Assembly: GCA_964016885.1 (NCBI GenBank)
Contig: OZ024741.1
Coordinates: 17,794,001 to 17,858,000, forward strand
Length of the DNA: 64,000 nucleotides
Direction of reading: 5' to 3'
Source: Eledone cirrhosa
Taxonomy: Eukaryota
Positions 1 to 11,654 of this stretch are shown piece by piece (within the stretch, counting starts at the first letter, position 1; every line of letters starts with the position of its first letter). A program made the position numbers and the translations under genes. The notes under the pieces are model-generated. The model was not told where the DNA came from. It worked only from the letters and a program-made list of their open reading frames with translations, and did no database searches.

Positions 1-318
1 TATTTCAGTGACAGCCATCTTTGGCTGTGACCTCTTCAGGCAGTTTGAATTAGTATGGTATAGACAAGTACATATGTTGTTTAGGTGTATAATATTGTCA
101 ATACTCTGATATGCCCAGTTCCTTGTTGGGCTGTTAATTCACTGAGGAACTGGAATCATATGACTCCAGTTCCTCAGTGAATTAACAGCCCAACAAGGAA
201 CTGGGCATATCAGAGTATTGACAATATTATACACCTAAACAACATATGTACTTGTCTATACCATACTAATTCAAACTGCCTGAAGAGGTCACAGCCAAAG
301 ATGGCTGTCACTGAAATA
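1..318. repeat. Long near-perfect palindrome (159-bp arms, no loop, centre 159/160); probably an inverted Penelope pseudo-LTR; left end cut by window edge
   Basis: 1-159 is the reverse complement of 160-318 (tatttcagtgacagcc... / ...ggctgtcactgaaata); the only mismatch I found is 155/164 next to the centre tcatatga. Confidence 0.95.
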
Positions 319-329
319 TATATAGCAGT
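275..329 (+). ncRNA. Minimal type I hammerhead ribozyme (Penelope-type)
   Basis: Stem I actgc(275-279)/gcagt(325-329); core CTGAAGA 280-286; stem II ggt-c-acagcc/ggctgt-c-act; GAAA 313-316; short palindromic stem III tatata; UH site ta 323-324. Confidence 0.85.
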
Positions 330-499
330 AATAAACGAAGCTAAATTTTAATCATTTGACTTTTATTTAACTTTATTTTACACTACTCCGGAGTAACCAA
401 ACCAACCTGCGCACTTCGTTCAGTGCTCCAGCCTGCATACTGAGGTGTTGGTATACAACCAACATAAACTCAAAATCTCTATATATATATAGAGAGAGA

Positions 500-1670
500 G
501 AGGGCTGGTGGTGGTGGTGAGAGCTTGGTGGTGGTGGTGAGGGCTGGTGGTGAGGGCTTGGTGGTGGTGGTGATGGCTGGTGGTGAGGGCTTGGTGGTGG
601 TGGTGAGGGCTTGGTGGTGGGGGTGAGGTCTTGGTGATGGTGGTGAGGGCTGGTGTTGAGGGCTGGTGGTGAGGGCTTGGTGGTGATGGTGAGGGCTTGG
701 TGGTGATGGTGAGGGCTGGTGGTGAGGCCTTGGTGGTGGGGGTGAAGGGTTGGTGGTGATGGTGAGGGCTGGTGGTGAGGCCTTGGTGGTGGGGTGAGGG
801 CTTGGTGGTGAAGGCTGGAGGTGAGGGCTTGGCGGTGGGGTCTGATGTTGAGGGCTTGGCGGTGGGGGCTTGGTGGTGGTGAGGGCTGGTGGTGGTGGCT
901 TGTTGGTGGTGAGGGCTGGTGGTGGTGGCTTGTTGGTGGTGGGGGCTTGGTGGTGGGGGCTCGGTGGTGAAGGCTTGGTGGTGGTGGTGAGGGCTTGGTG
1001 GTGGTGGTTTGGTGGTAGTGGAGGATCGGTGGTGGTGGCTTGGTGGTGGTGGTGAGGGCTTGGTGGTGGTGGCTTGGTTGTGGTGGGGCTCGGTGGTGGT
1101 GGGGGTTTGGTGGTGGTGGTGGGGGCTCGGTGGTGGTGGCTTGGTGATGGTGGTGAGGGCTTGGTGGTGGGGGTTTGGTGGTGTTGGTGGTGGGGGCTCG
1201 GTGGTGGTGGCTTGGTGGTGGTGGTGAGGGCTTGGTGGTGGTGGCTTGGTGGTGGTGGAGGCTCGGTGGTAGTGGCTTGGTGGTGGATAGGGCTGGTGGT
1301 GGTGGATTGTTGGTGGTGGTGAGGGGTTGGTGGTGGGGGCTTGGTGGTGGTGGTGGGGGCTCGGTGGTGGTGATTTGGTGGTGGTGGTGAGGGCTTGGTG
1401 GTGGGGGCTTGATGGTGGTGGGGGCTCGGTGGTGGTGGCTTGGTGGTGGTGGTGGTGGGGGCTCGGTGGTGGTGGCTTGGTGGTGAGGGCTTGGTGGTGA
1501 GGGCTTGGTGGTGAGGGCTTGGTGGTGGTGGTGACTTTGTGGTGGTTGTGAGGGCTTGGTTGTGGTGGATTGGTGTTGGTGGTGAGGGCTTGGTGGTTGG
1601 GGTTTGGTGAGGGTCTGGTGGTGGTGTCTGGTGGTGGGGGATTGTGTTGGTGGGGTCTGGTGGTGGAGTC
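500..1670 (+). repeat. Degenerate G/T-rich minisatellite built from (GGT)n plus a GAGGGCT(T)/GGGGCTC spacer
   Basis: Repeated gagggcttggtggtggtggt-like units, very few A or C on + strand. Confidence 0.9.
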
Positions 1671-1796
1671 TAGTGTTTGGTTAAAAGAAGTAGAAAGGAA
1701 TGTAGGACATTACCTCCCTGTTACATGACATGAACAACAAAGATTTGAAAACGGAGTCAAAAACAAATAAAAATCAACATGTATGCTCGCATGTAT

Positions 1797-1799
<3 letters not shown>

Positions 1800-1872
<73 letters not shown>

Positions 1873-1968
1873 CATACATACATATATATATATATTTATA
1901 TATATACATACATGTATGCATATATATATATATTATATGAGTACGAGCACACACACACACATATATAT
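1800..1968. repeat. Compound (TA)n/(CA)n microsatellite
   Basis: Direct reading. Confidence 0.9.
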
Positions 1969-2057
1969 TGTAGTAGAAACTTGGTATAATATACAAGGGT
2001 TAAGAGCACTCAGTCTGTCGCATGAGTTATGTACAATCAGTTATAATGTGACATCTA

Positions 2058-2100
2058 CAGGTAGCTAACTTTCGTTGCGCTGCTACACCAACTCAGTCTG
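2058..2100 (-). ncRNA. Degenerate hammerhead-like motif (core lacks 3 nt), inverted relative to the adjacent PLE fragment
   Basis: Minus strand reads caga CTGA gttg..caac GAAA gttagc TA cctg: stem II gttg/caac, near-palindromic stem III, stem I cag/ctg. Confidence 0.5.
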
Positions 2101-2129
2101 ATATATCGAACACAAATCTAGGCATAAAT

Positions 2130-2700
2130 ATGTCGTCGTTCACACTCACCGTTAACACTAATATAGTTAGAAAATTCTTAGCACTTTTAGATTCACACTT
2201 CCCTGTAGGCCATAAATATCGGCGAATTTTTATCTGCTACATCGTGAAAATAGGCTACACTTGTACTAAAAGTATGAAATCCCATATCACCAACAAACGC
2301 AAAAGCCTTCCACCTTCCGGATGCTCAAAGAGAAGGACGAAAGGCATGCCTTTTGGACCAACAGTGCAACGCTCCTGTGGTGATATATGAAGCAGAAGTT
2401 ACGTCCACCAGCATCAACCACCTCACAGAAGTCTCGACGTGTAGGAATTCTAAGAGCCGATCCCAAAGCCGTTTCCTGAACCACGAAACGACCCTCAGAT
2501 ATCCTGACAAAAATCATACCACTCCGCTCGCAAACAATGTGTGGAACATCAAAGAAAACGGCTAATTGTTTTCCATTAAATGGATGGTACTGGAAAGGTT
2601 CTCCCCCGACATAAATGGAGCAAAAGGTTGTTAGTTATGCAGTTCTGAAAAGAGAAATATATTCTCACAACTTTCTTTTAAAAATCGCTGTTTAAATACG
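2130..2700 (+). pseudogene. Penelope-like retroelement fragment: RT-EN linker and GIY-YIG endonuclease region, frameshifted with stops
   Basis: TNIVRKFLALLDSHFPVGHKYRRIF..VKIGYTC, then CNAPVVIYEAEV..SRFLNHETTLRYPDKNHTTPLANNVWNIK..FSIKWMVLE..GC*LCSSEK..LN; this follows the typical PLE C-terminal pattern (recalled, not searched). Confidence 0.8.
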
Positions 2701-2756
2701 TGCCTCGATGGTTTCAAGCGAAATTTGTGCTAGAAAAATGTACGTATGAAGGTATA

Positions 2757-2834
2757 GTATGTATGCATGTATGTATGTATGTATGTATGTATGTATGTAT
2801 GTATGTATGTATGTATGTATGTATGTATGTATGT
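2757..2834 (+). repeat. (GTAT)n tetranucleotide microsatellite
   Basis: Direct reading. Confidence 0.95.
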
Positions 2835-3770
2835 TTACCCTTGATCTTGGAGAACTATATACTGAACCCAATATCATGGTTGGTGGAACCAGGCTGGGAG
2901 TAGTAGATAAATTTGTCTACTTGGGTAGCACACTCTCAAATGATGAATCCTTGGATGCTGAAATACATCTGTACATCCAGAAGGCTTCTGTTGCCTTCGG
3001 AAAATTGGAAAAGAGAGTTTGGGCAAATCGCAACATTACCAACAATACAAGGTGTGTGTTTATAGATCATGTGTTTTGTTTGCTCTTTTATACTCCGCCG
3101 AAACCTGGGCGCTATTCCGTAAACACACCAAATTGCTTGAGCATTTTCAGCAGAAATGTTAATGGCGCATATTCAACATCAAGTGGCAAGACAGAACTCC
3201 TGGCATCCATGTCCTTATCAAAGCAGAATGTCCAAGCAATGAGTCCAAAGTAACATCTTCTCAAATGCGCTGGACAGAACATATCGTATGCACGAAAGAA
3301 AGCAGGATCCCGAAGAAACTGTTTTACGATGAGCTCCATCTTGGAAAAATTCCTCAACACAAACCGAAAATGAGGTTCAGGGACAGTATCAAGAACAATC
3401 TCAAAGAGTTGGCATTTTATATAGACAACTTGGTGGAGAGATTTCTAAATCGGGCTGAGTGGAGAAAGCACATAAAGGGCAGTAGCAAAACTTTTGAGGA
3501 ATGTCCTCTAGAACAAACAACTGAAGTGTCAGCTCCGGAAGGGTTGTGCTCGCAGTCTTGATGAAGTCATCAGTAGTTGGATATGCAATTTCTGTCAGCG
3601 TGTACTCCTCTCAAAGGTTGGTTATGTTAATCACCTGAAGTCACATGAAAGGATAACCACCTGCAACACCAGTCAACAAAGACCTGGCGAGACAACGCGC
3701 GTGATATACAACAAGGTGTGTAGAACTAGTTCCGGACTAAAAAAACACATGGTGGTACATAAAGATTGTG
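2835..3770 (+). mobile_element. RTE-clade LINE 3' fragment (post-RT region plus C-terminal C2H2 fingers), disrupted
   Basis: VVDKFVYLGSTLSNDESLDAEI..IQKASVAFGKLEKRVW; frameshifted LLYSAETW; MRWTEHIV..SRIPKKLFYDEL..KPKMRFRDSIKNNLK..NRAEWRKHI; then CNFCQRVLLSKVGYVNHLKSH. Confidence 0.85.
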
Positions 3771-3795
3771 TCGCACAGGGTGACATCACCGGTCC

Positions 3796-3874
3796 TGTTT
3801 TTGTGCCTCTCCTTTGTTCTGTCCCACGCCATCTTGTTTGGCGTGGGACAGAACAAAGGAGAGGCACAAAAACA
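3796..3874. repeat. Perfect 36-bp inverted repeat with 7-nt loop
   Basis: tgtttttgtgcctctcctttgttctgtcccacgcca (3796-3831) / tcttgtt / exact reverse complement (3839-3874). Confidence 0.95.
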
Positions 3875-3890
3875 AAGAAAAGAATCCCCA

Positions 3891-3933
3891 GTCACTGAAG
3901 AGTTCACAGAATGTGTGACGAAAGAACTTTGAC
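3891..3933 (+). ncRNA. Minimal type I hammerhead ribozyme motif (Penelope-type)
   Basis: Stem I gtca/tgac; CTGAAGA 3895-3901; stem II gtt-caca-gaa-tgtg-t-gac; GAAA 3920-3923; one-pair stem III g-aa-c; UH tt 3928-3929. Confidence 0.7.
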
Positions 3934-4624
3934 AATATATGAACAACCGTCCGGTTGTGGAACCAACAAACCAACCGGAAATTTATAAATTCTTAAATTT
4001 ATAAATTTAATTTATAATAAATTGGAGTGAAAGCAACTGGTGCGTGTGTTTCTTATTGGCAACATGACCCTCTCAAAGCATAACAATATCGGTTTCAACA
4101 CACGTTTTCAGATAAAGAATCTTGCTAAACAAATTCAGAAACGAAATATATATATATATATATATATTTTTATATATGTATGTATATATATACACACACA
4201 CATATATATATATATATATATTATTGATCGCAGTAAAATTATATATTTTATCTAATTAGACAAATGTAATAAAACTCTGATTCTTTAAGTTTAAGTAATT
4301 TACCCCCACCACCACCACCTCTGAGGAGTGCGTCCTAGACGGGTGCCTGGTTAGTCAAATGATAGTGCCAACTCTGATTGCATATATACATATATACACA
4401 GAGAATACACACACAGAGAATACACACACACACATACAGAAAACATACATACATGGTTGTTATGCCAATCTGTCCTGAGAACTAGTTTCAAGGTTTGCCA
4501 ACACATTACGAAAGACTGGGAAAATAAGCTGGAATTAATAAAGATTCCCATATTTTAAAATTCACAGAGCGAACATAATATTTTGAAAATACTTACTGCA
4601 TACATGAGCACAAACACCACTCAT

Positions 4625-4629
4625 TTATA

Positions 4630-4667
<38 letters not shown>

Positions 4668-4975
4668 GTGTGTGTGTGTGTGTGTGTGTGATTTTGTATG
4701 TTTGAATGTATGTATGTATATATATTCTTAATATTTTATTAACATTTATATGAATATATATATACATATATAAATATATATATATGTGTGTGTGTCTATG
4801 TTTTTGTATATTTGTATGTATGTATGTATATTTTTAATATTTTATTAACATGTTTATGAATATCTATACATAAATATATATATATATATATGTGTGTGTG
4901 TATGTGTGCGTATGTGTGTATGAATGTATGTATATATATTTTTAATATTTTATTAACATGCATATGAATACCTTT

Positions 4976-5030
<55 letters not shown>

Positions 5031-5042
5031 ATGTGTGTGTGT
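4625..5042. repeat. (TA)/(TG)/(TATG) microsatellite block containing three ~110-bp diverged tandem units
   Basis: Linker ttaatattttattaacat..atgaat recurs near 4730, 4835 and 4942 between microsatellite tracts. Confidence 0.75.
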
Positions 5043-5139
5043 AGAAGAAGAAGAAGAAGAAGAAGAAGAAGAAGAAGAAGAAGAAGAAGAAGAAGAAGAA
5101 GAAGAAGAAGAAGAAGAAGAAGAAGAAGAAGAAGAAGAA
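5043..5139 (+). repeat. Pure (GAA)n, about 32 copies
   Basis: Direct reading. Confidence 0.98.
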
Positions 5140-5719
5140 TACAATGACTACTCCAATCTAGAACTTTTGTCTTTGTGAAGATTAAGGAAGTAAATGTAAT
5201 GTTGACTCATTAAACCTGTTGGTCTAAGACAACAGCCCCCTCTCTCTGTCTCACCCCCTCTCTCTGTCTCACCCCCTCTCTCTCTTTTATCTCATCTCTG
5301 TTTATAGAAAGATGGCCGCCATATTGCCATATGTTAGTCTCGGTTATTTTCACTATTTTACATATATTAAAAGCATCGCTAAACATTGCCCACGCAGCTT
5401 TTGAAAAATGTGTGCGCATACATGCATATATGATGTATGTGTGTGGTGTATATTCATACACACATACATATATACATATATACTTACTTACATACATGCA
5501 TGCACTCTTACATATATTCTTACATATATACATACTTAATACATACATATATACATACATAAATAGATACATACTTACTCACACAAACACATGTGTATAC
5601 ATAAGCTGACTAACTATTCACGTGCTTTCACTCCTATCAACCATTTTACTTGGTTTGTTAATTACTCTCTTTCTCAAATACACTCACATATCTGTGTTTA
5701 TATATATATATCTATCTAT

Positions 5720-6076
<357 letters not shown>

Positions 6077-6252
6077 ACCTTCAAATAAGGATTTCATACA
6101 ACTGAAACAGAATTGTATTTAGTCTTCTGAGTAGTTTATTGTAATAAATCTCATATTTTGAGCTGTAATAATTTCTTCAGCTACACTTATCTGTTTTCTT
6201 GTTAGAAAACGAATTTTGTAAACGATATATATATATATATAATTATATATAT

Positions 6253-6295
6253 ATACCTGAAGATCCGCATAAGGTGAAACAATTGTTCTCGGTAT
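6253..6295 (+). ncRNA. Degenerate hammerhead-like motif
   Basis: atac CTGAAGA tcc-gcataa-ggt GAAA caattg tt..gtat; palindromic stem III caattg, but extra bases before stem I and a weak stem II. Confidence 0.4.
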
Positions 6296-6351
6296 GGTTA
6301 ACTAATTGTTGTGTTACTACTTATATATATATATATATATACACACACGCG

Positions 6352-6422
<71 letters not shown>

Positions 6423-6639
6423 AATAGAATGAAACGAAATATCATTTCTCACTGTTAGCACTGCAGTTACTTAAATGTAAGTATGTATGTATACGTACAT
6501 ACATATATGTATACAGTTCGGTAAATGTTCGGTAAACCGATACGTGCATATATATATGTGTGCATGTATGTATATATATACATACTACTGTACGTCTGTA
6601 TTCATATATGTATGTACGTATACATATATACATACTTAC

Positions 6640-6687
<48 letters not shown>

Positions 6688-6689
6688 GT

Positions 6690-6930
6690 CTGTTGCAAAA
6701 TGCGCTCTCCAACAGCCCTAAGTCAGTTGCTGGGAAACCGCAAGCCTACTCAGCTTGCCAACTTACTTAGAACGGAAGAAATAGACGTCCCAGCCTGGAT
6801 GTCTTGTGTAATGTTCACACACAGATTCACACCGACTATTCACATCGCCAACTTTACACCGACTGCTGTCGCTGCCAACCTCATCAACTCCCTACATTGG
6901 CAACTCCACCGGTTTAAATAGTCTACCTCA
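6690..6930 (+). mobile_element. Possible Ty3/gypsy gag remnant
   Basis: [17 protein letters not shown] resembles the LGDRKPSQLL motif of invertebrate gypsy gag; short match only. Confidence 0.3.
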
Positions 6931-7317
6931 AGTAAAACGCACAAAAACTTGTGCATCATTCTTCAAATCAGTCACGTGATCCATTGTTCGTCTTTTTCCT
7001 CGTTTACTTTTGTAGATCTGAGGAGCACTGCTTCGAATTCGAGTGACACTTGCAGCTGATGATTGGCTTTAAAATCTTTCTAACAGTATATATACATATA
7101 CATACATATAAACAGACACAGATACTTATACATATACCTACACATGCATGTACAAACACTTACACTGTTCCTTCCTTACAACACGAAAAACGTTAGTCTT
7201 ACAGACTTGAGAAGTGGTTTACAATATTGTAGCATATAATGAACTCGAAACCTCGTTGGTTTTAACAAACTAGGTTTCAGCCCTTTTCTCTATAGTCACC
7301 TTCATTTATTCCATTAT

Positions 7318-7446
7318 AGGTTAACTTTGCCTTTCATCCTTACGGGGTCGATAAAATAAAGTACCAGTTACCCACTCGGGTCGATTTAATCGACTTTCCC
7401 CTCCCCCCAAAATTGCTGGCTTTGAGCCTAAATCAGAAACCATTAT
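7318..7446 (+). mobile_element. tRNA-derived SINE, 3' half (Deu/Nin-domain-like core; octopus-type SINE)
   Basis: actttgcctttcatccttacggggtcgataaaataaagtaccagtt..actcgggtcgatttaatcgact..ccctcccccaaaattgctggc; core nearly identical to the copy at 7709-7753. Confidence 0.85.
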
Positions 7447-7629
7447 TTCTTTGGTGTATTCTCTCTACTATATGATATTTATTCACCTTTTCATAAGTTG
7501 ATTCTTGTGATGTGTGGCCCATTCTCGCACTTGGTAGCGAATTGTTTTTGTTTTTGCTTCCCACTTTTTGTTCCTTTTTTCTTTCTTTCTCTCGCTCTGG
7601 TCATATATTCTGGTGTATTATATTTGTGT

Positions 7630-7800
7630 ATCGGTAGAGAGTCGGACACCATGCTTTCCAGCATAGTTACTTCCCTTTACGGTCTGAGTTCAAATCCCGC
7701 CGAGGTTTACTTTGCCTTTCATCCTTACGGGGTCGATAAAATAAAGTACCAGTAATACACTGGGTATTTGCTGGCCTTGTGCCTAAAGTAGAAACAATTA
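7630..7800 (+). mobile_element. tRNA-derived SINE, near full length with internal deletion
   Basis: B-box gagttcaaatc 7686-7696, then the gcctttcatccttacggggtcgataaaataaagtaccag core and tail ggccttgtgcctaaagtagaaac. Confidence 0.85.
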
Positions 7801-8137
7801 TATTTGTAAGGTTCCTAGCAATGGTTAATTATATTTATATGTTTATATTTGTGTTTATCAACGACATTATATTTGTAATGTTATTTTGAAAGAATTGTGA
7901 GCAATTTATAATGTTATCTATGTATATATATTTGTTATATTTGGTGAATAAAGTTATTTATAAAACGTAAGTTAAACATATTGACTTTTCTTACTTAATA
8001 ATCTATAGCAGTCGCTTTAGTTCCCCCACCCTCCACCCTCGTACTCTTGTTATGATTTATATTTCCGTCATAAAATATCGATCAATGAATTGATGTTCTT
8101 TAAATAATTCACACCCAACCTTTCGTGTAAAATACAC

Positions 8138-8313
8138 TCTGCTATCCAGGGTTCCAGATGAACCCACAACACAGAAGGAAGGTAACCTCTGGGCAGCAGC
8201 CTCCTACATCAATGACCAGCCAACGTAGGCTGGATATAGAACGTGTAACAACAAGGGTGGTGCCCCAGCATGGCCTCAGACGGATGGCTGGAACAGGTAA
8301 AAGAGTAAAAGAG
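8138..8313 (+). mobile_element. Short diverged 3'-end copy of the same CR1-group LINE
   Basis: Aligns by eye to ~9867-10060 (tgctatccagg..ggtgccccagcatggcctcag..ggatggct..aacaggtaaaagagtaaaagagt). Confidence 0.85.
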
Positions 8314-8819
8314 TATATATGTTAATATTCATAGAACTTTCTCGCGGTCGTGATTTTCACTGCAGCTATAAAATAAGAAAGCAAAATGAGGTGTGGTGGT
8401 GGTGGGTTGATCCTTCATAAGAGGTAGACGAAATGAAAATATACTAATATACAAACAAAAAGTAAAGTAAAGTTCAACCATGGAAATTTACTATATCTTC
8501 AGGTTCATGTTGCAAAACTGGAAACTGTAATGAAAAATTAACAATTGAGATATTTCGTCAGTATTTGCAAATAAGATTCAGTTTTTATTATTAAATCTTG
8601 CCTCTCTGAAGTTTTACCACTATCTTTAATTATACTTTTACATTTTATTATATGTATTGAGTAACTAAATTCTGTTTCTGTAAACAGATATGAAAAAAAT
8701 GATCGAAATATCTATATCTGCATCCACGGATTGACATATCTCGGTTTCAAAAGTTCCCCTTTTAGGGTGTATTCTGAAAAATTGTTTGTTTTTAATCTGT
8801 AATATATATATATATATAT

Positions 8820-9977
8820 GACAAGGTCGACCACGGAATGATATATCACAAACTACACGGACTCGGCATAACTGGAAAAGTAGGTGAGTGACGGCATAAC
8901 TTCTTAAAGGACAGAAGCGAGACAGTCGCAGCAAACGGGACCCTCTCAAAGGAAACATCAATAACAAGTGGGGTGCCCCAAGGGACAGTCCTGGGACCAC
9001 TACTGTTTTTGGTGGCTCTCTCAGATATGCCCTCTGTAGTACATACAACAACATCCCTCACTAGCTATGCTGATGACACTAAGGTAGCACAGGCAATCAA
9101 AAACCCGGTTGACGCGGCCCTTTTACAACAAGATCTGGATGCCATATACAAATGGGCGGAAGAAAACAACATGCAGTTTAATGCTGGCAAATTCCAAGCC
9201 CTACAATACAAACCTGCAAACACAAATACAGTACAAAACAGTTACGCAGGACCAGGAGGTACCGATTTCCCCGTGTCAAAATCGATACAAGACCTGGGCA
9301 TAGACATGAGCGATGATGCATCATTTTACTCACACATCATGAAAATGGCGACAATGTGCAGACGACTCGCTGGCTGGATCTTGAGGACTTTCCGGACAAG
9401 AGACCGAGACACCATGTTGACACTTTGGAGGACATTTGTCCTAAGCCGCCTGGACTATTGCTCCCAGTTGTGGTCACACCATAGTGTCAAACTAACCATG
9501 GAGCTTGAGGCAATCCAGCGAAGCTACACCAAAAGGATTGCCAAGATGAGGGAGACAAGCTACTGGGAGAGGCTAAAAGAACTGAACCTCTACTCCTTGG
9601 AACGAAGACGGGAGAGATACGCAGTGATCTACATGTGGAAAATCCTGGAGGGACTAGCACCAAACTTTGGCATTGGGAGCTGGACCAACCGTCGAACAGG
9701 ACGTCACTGTGTGGTGCCAAAGGTCCCGTCTTCCACATCTAGAATAAGGAGCAGGTATTGCAATAGCCTGGGATTCAAGGGCCCTCAACTCTTCAACAAG
9801 CTGCCGAGGGATCTGAGAGATTTGCATGGTGTGCAGGTGGATGTCTTCAAGAAACATCTCGACACCTTGCTATCCAGGATCCCGCATGCGCCCACGGCAA
9901 GGCACGAGGGAAATCTAAGGGCAGCAGCAACAAACTCCCTTTTACACCAGTGGCCAACCAATACAGGCTGGAGATAA
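8820..9977 (+). pseudogene. Reverse transcriptase ORF2 C-terminal part (one in-frame TGA at 8889-8891; open from 8892 to 9977)
   Basis: DKVDH, SGVPQGTVLGPLLF, SYADDTK, LQQDLDAIYKWAEENNMQFNAGK, DLGI, LDYCSQLW, YWERLKELNLYSLERRRER. Confidence 0.92.
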
Positions 9978-10060
9978 AATGTGTAGCAACAAGAGCGGTG
10001 CCCCAGCATGGCCTCAGCCGGATGGCTAGAACAGGTAAAAGAGTAAAAGAGTAAAAGAGT
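8820..10060 (+). mobile_element. 5'-truncated CR1-group non-LTR retrotransposon with (GTAAAAGA)n tail, in a TA-rich site
   Basis: Starts at DKVDH RT motif directly after (TA)n; ends with three GTAAAAGA 8-mers; tandem-repeat tails are typical of CR1/L2-group LINEs. Confidence 0.9.
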
Positions 10061-10256
10061 ATATATAAATATACCCGAATTACTTGATCGTTTTTTTGGC
10101 TATGCGAATGATTGCTTAACCATCGTCTCAGTGTGTTTGGCCTTTAACGTTTGTTATAGCTCTGGTTCATCTGAATCATTGAGCACTTGCCGCACATCTC
10201 GGAGGTTGTTTTTCGTTATTTGGTGGGCCGAAATGCGAATCTCGAAATTTATGTTT

Positions 10257-10303
<47 letters not shown>

Positions 10304-11207
10304 TATATATATATTGTTATACTTGGGGAGGGGCATATTTGTGTAATAATATTGCCAGAATTAATAATAGAACACACTCCCTGTTTGGTTGGTTTTCGCT
10401 TCTGTCTTTTATATCGGTTAATTTAATTTATTCGGTCCTCAATGTTACCATTGACTGATCAACGGTCAAAAATACAGATACAATATAAACACAAACACAT
10501 ATATATAGTCTAACAAAGTTCTTTCGTTGCACATCTGCAACATCGTCAGTGGTGCTATTTTGTTTCCTCCTGTTGTATTGTATGCCTACGCCATCTTTAT
10601 TTAGTCTGTTTATTTACTTTTTTTTGTCTTCTCTGCGCATGCGTGTCTGTATAGTGTTTGATGTGTGTTCGTGTTTGGTTGACTGTGTATTGGTTATTGT
10701 ATTCTATCTTAGTTTACTAGTGTGTGTTTATATGTGTTTGTTGTTATTGTGCTTGTGTATGTATTTATTTATTTATTTATACTTCTCTATAGGTCAGTAT
10801 TGTTTGTTTGGGTGTTGTTGTTATTCCATTCATTTTTTCTGAATGACTGAAATCCCATAAAAGAATAAAAGAATACTCTGTAGAATTACATTTATGGAAA
10901 TTACAGAATTAACAAAGACTCCTCAAAAACATTTATATATTCAGAGATGTGTTGTTTTTTGTAAGATTAAATAAAATTTCCAAACAAAATATTTTTTGCT
11001 TTTGTGATAAATCGGGAAGCAAATTCTTAGAAATAATGTATGTAATTAGCTGCCATGTTTATTAGTTAATTAGCAACAAATATATGAATAAATATCTAAT
11101 GAGCATATAGCTTAATTGGATGTTGAAAACAATTACAATCTTTCATATCCTGATTAATGTTAAATTAGAAATGCGTGTATTGGTGGGTAACGTTATACTT
11201 CCGTTGT

Positions 11208-11522
11208 TAGACACACACACACACGTACACGTACACACTCACACACACATACACATACACACACTCACACACACATATATACACACACATACACACACAC
11301 ATGCGCGCGCGCGCACTCACACACACACGCACACAGAAACGTTTGTATGTAAGCATACACACATACAGTAAGCCAGAGATATATAGAGATATATATACCC
11401 ATGTAAATATGTATGTGTATGTACATATGTGTATGTACATATGTATATATATACATATGTGTATATACATATATGTATATACATATGTGTATATACATAT
11501 GTGTATATACATATGTATATAT
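11208..11522. repeat. (CA)n-rich tract followed by a self-complementary ATACATATGTGTAT-type minisatellite
   Basis: Direct reading. Confidence 0.8.
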
Positions 11523-11595
11523 GAAGTAGAGACAGTGTGTTAGCGGACAATTTTCCAAATTATAAAATACATGTGTACTTTTAATAAACATAATT

Positions 11596-11627
<32 letters not shown>

Positions 11628-11654
11628 TATCATCGCCAGCATTATGGCCGCCAT

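Noticed and set aside
870-1390. Gly/Val/Trp-rich ORFs
   Set aside because: Translations of the GGT minisatellite in all frames.
4318-4350. ctgagga followed by the hairpin cgtc-cta-gacg as another hammerhead
   Set aside because: No GAAA core or stem I complement downstream.
5309-5322. YY1-like motif aagatggccgcc (also gccgccatttt near 11648)
   Set aside because: Isolated short motifs with no promoter or gene context.
10075-10250. Possible gypsy gag remnant on the minus strand (..DVRQVLNDSDEPEL*QTLKAK..)
   Set aside because: Similarity too weak and interrupted to support without a profile search.
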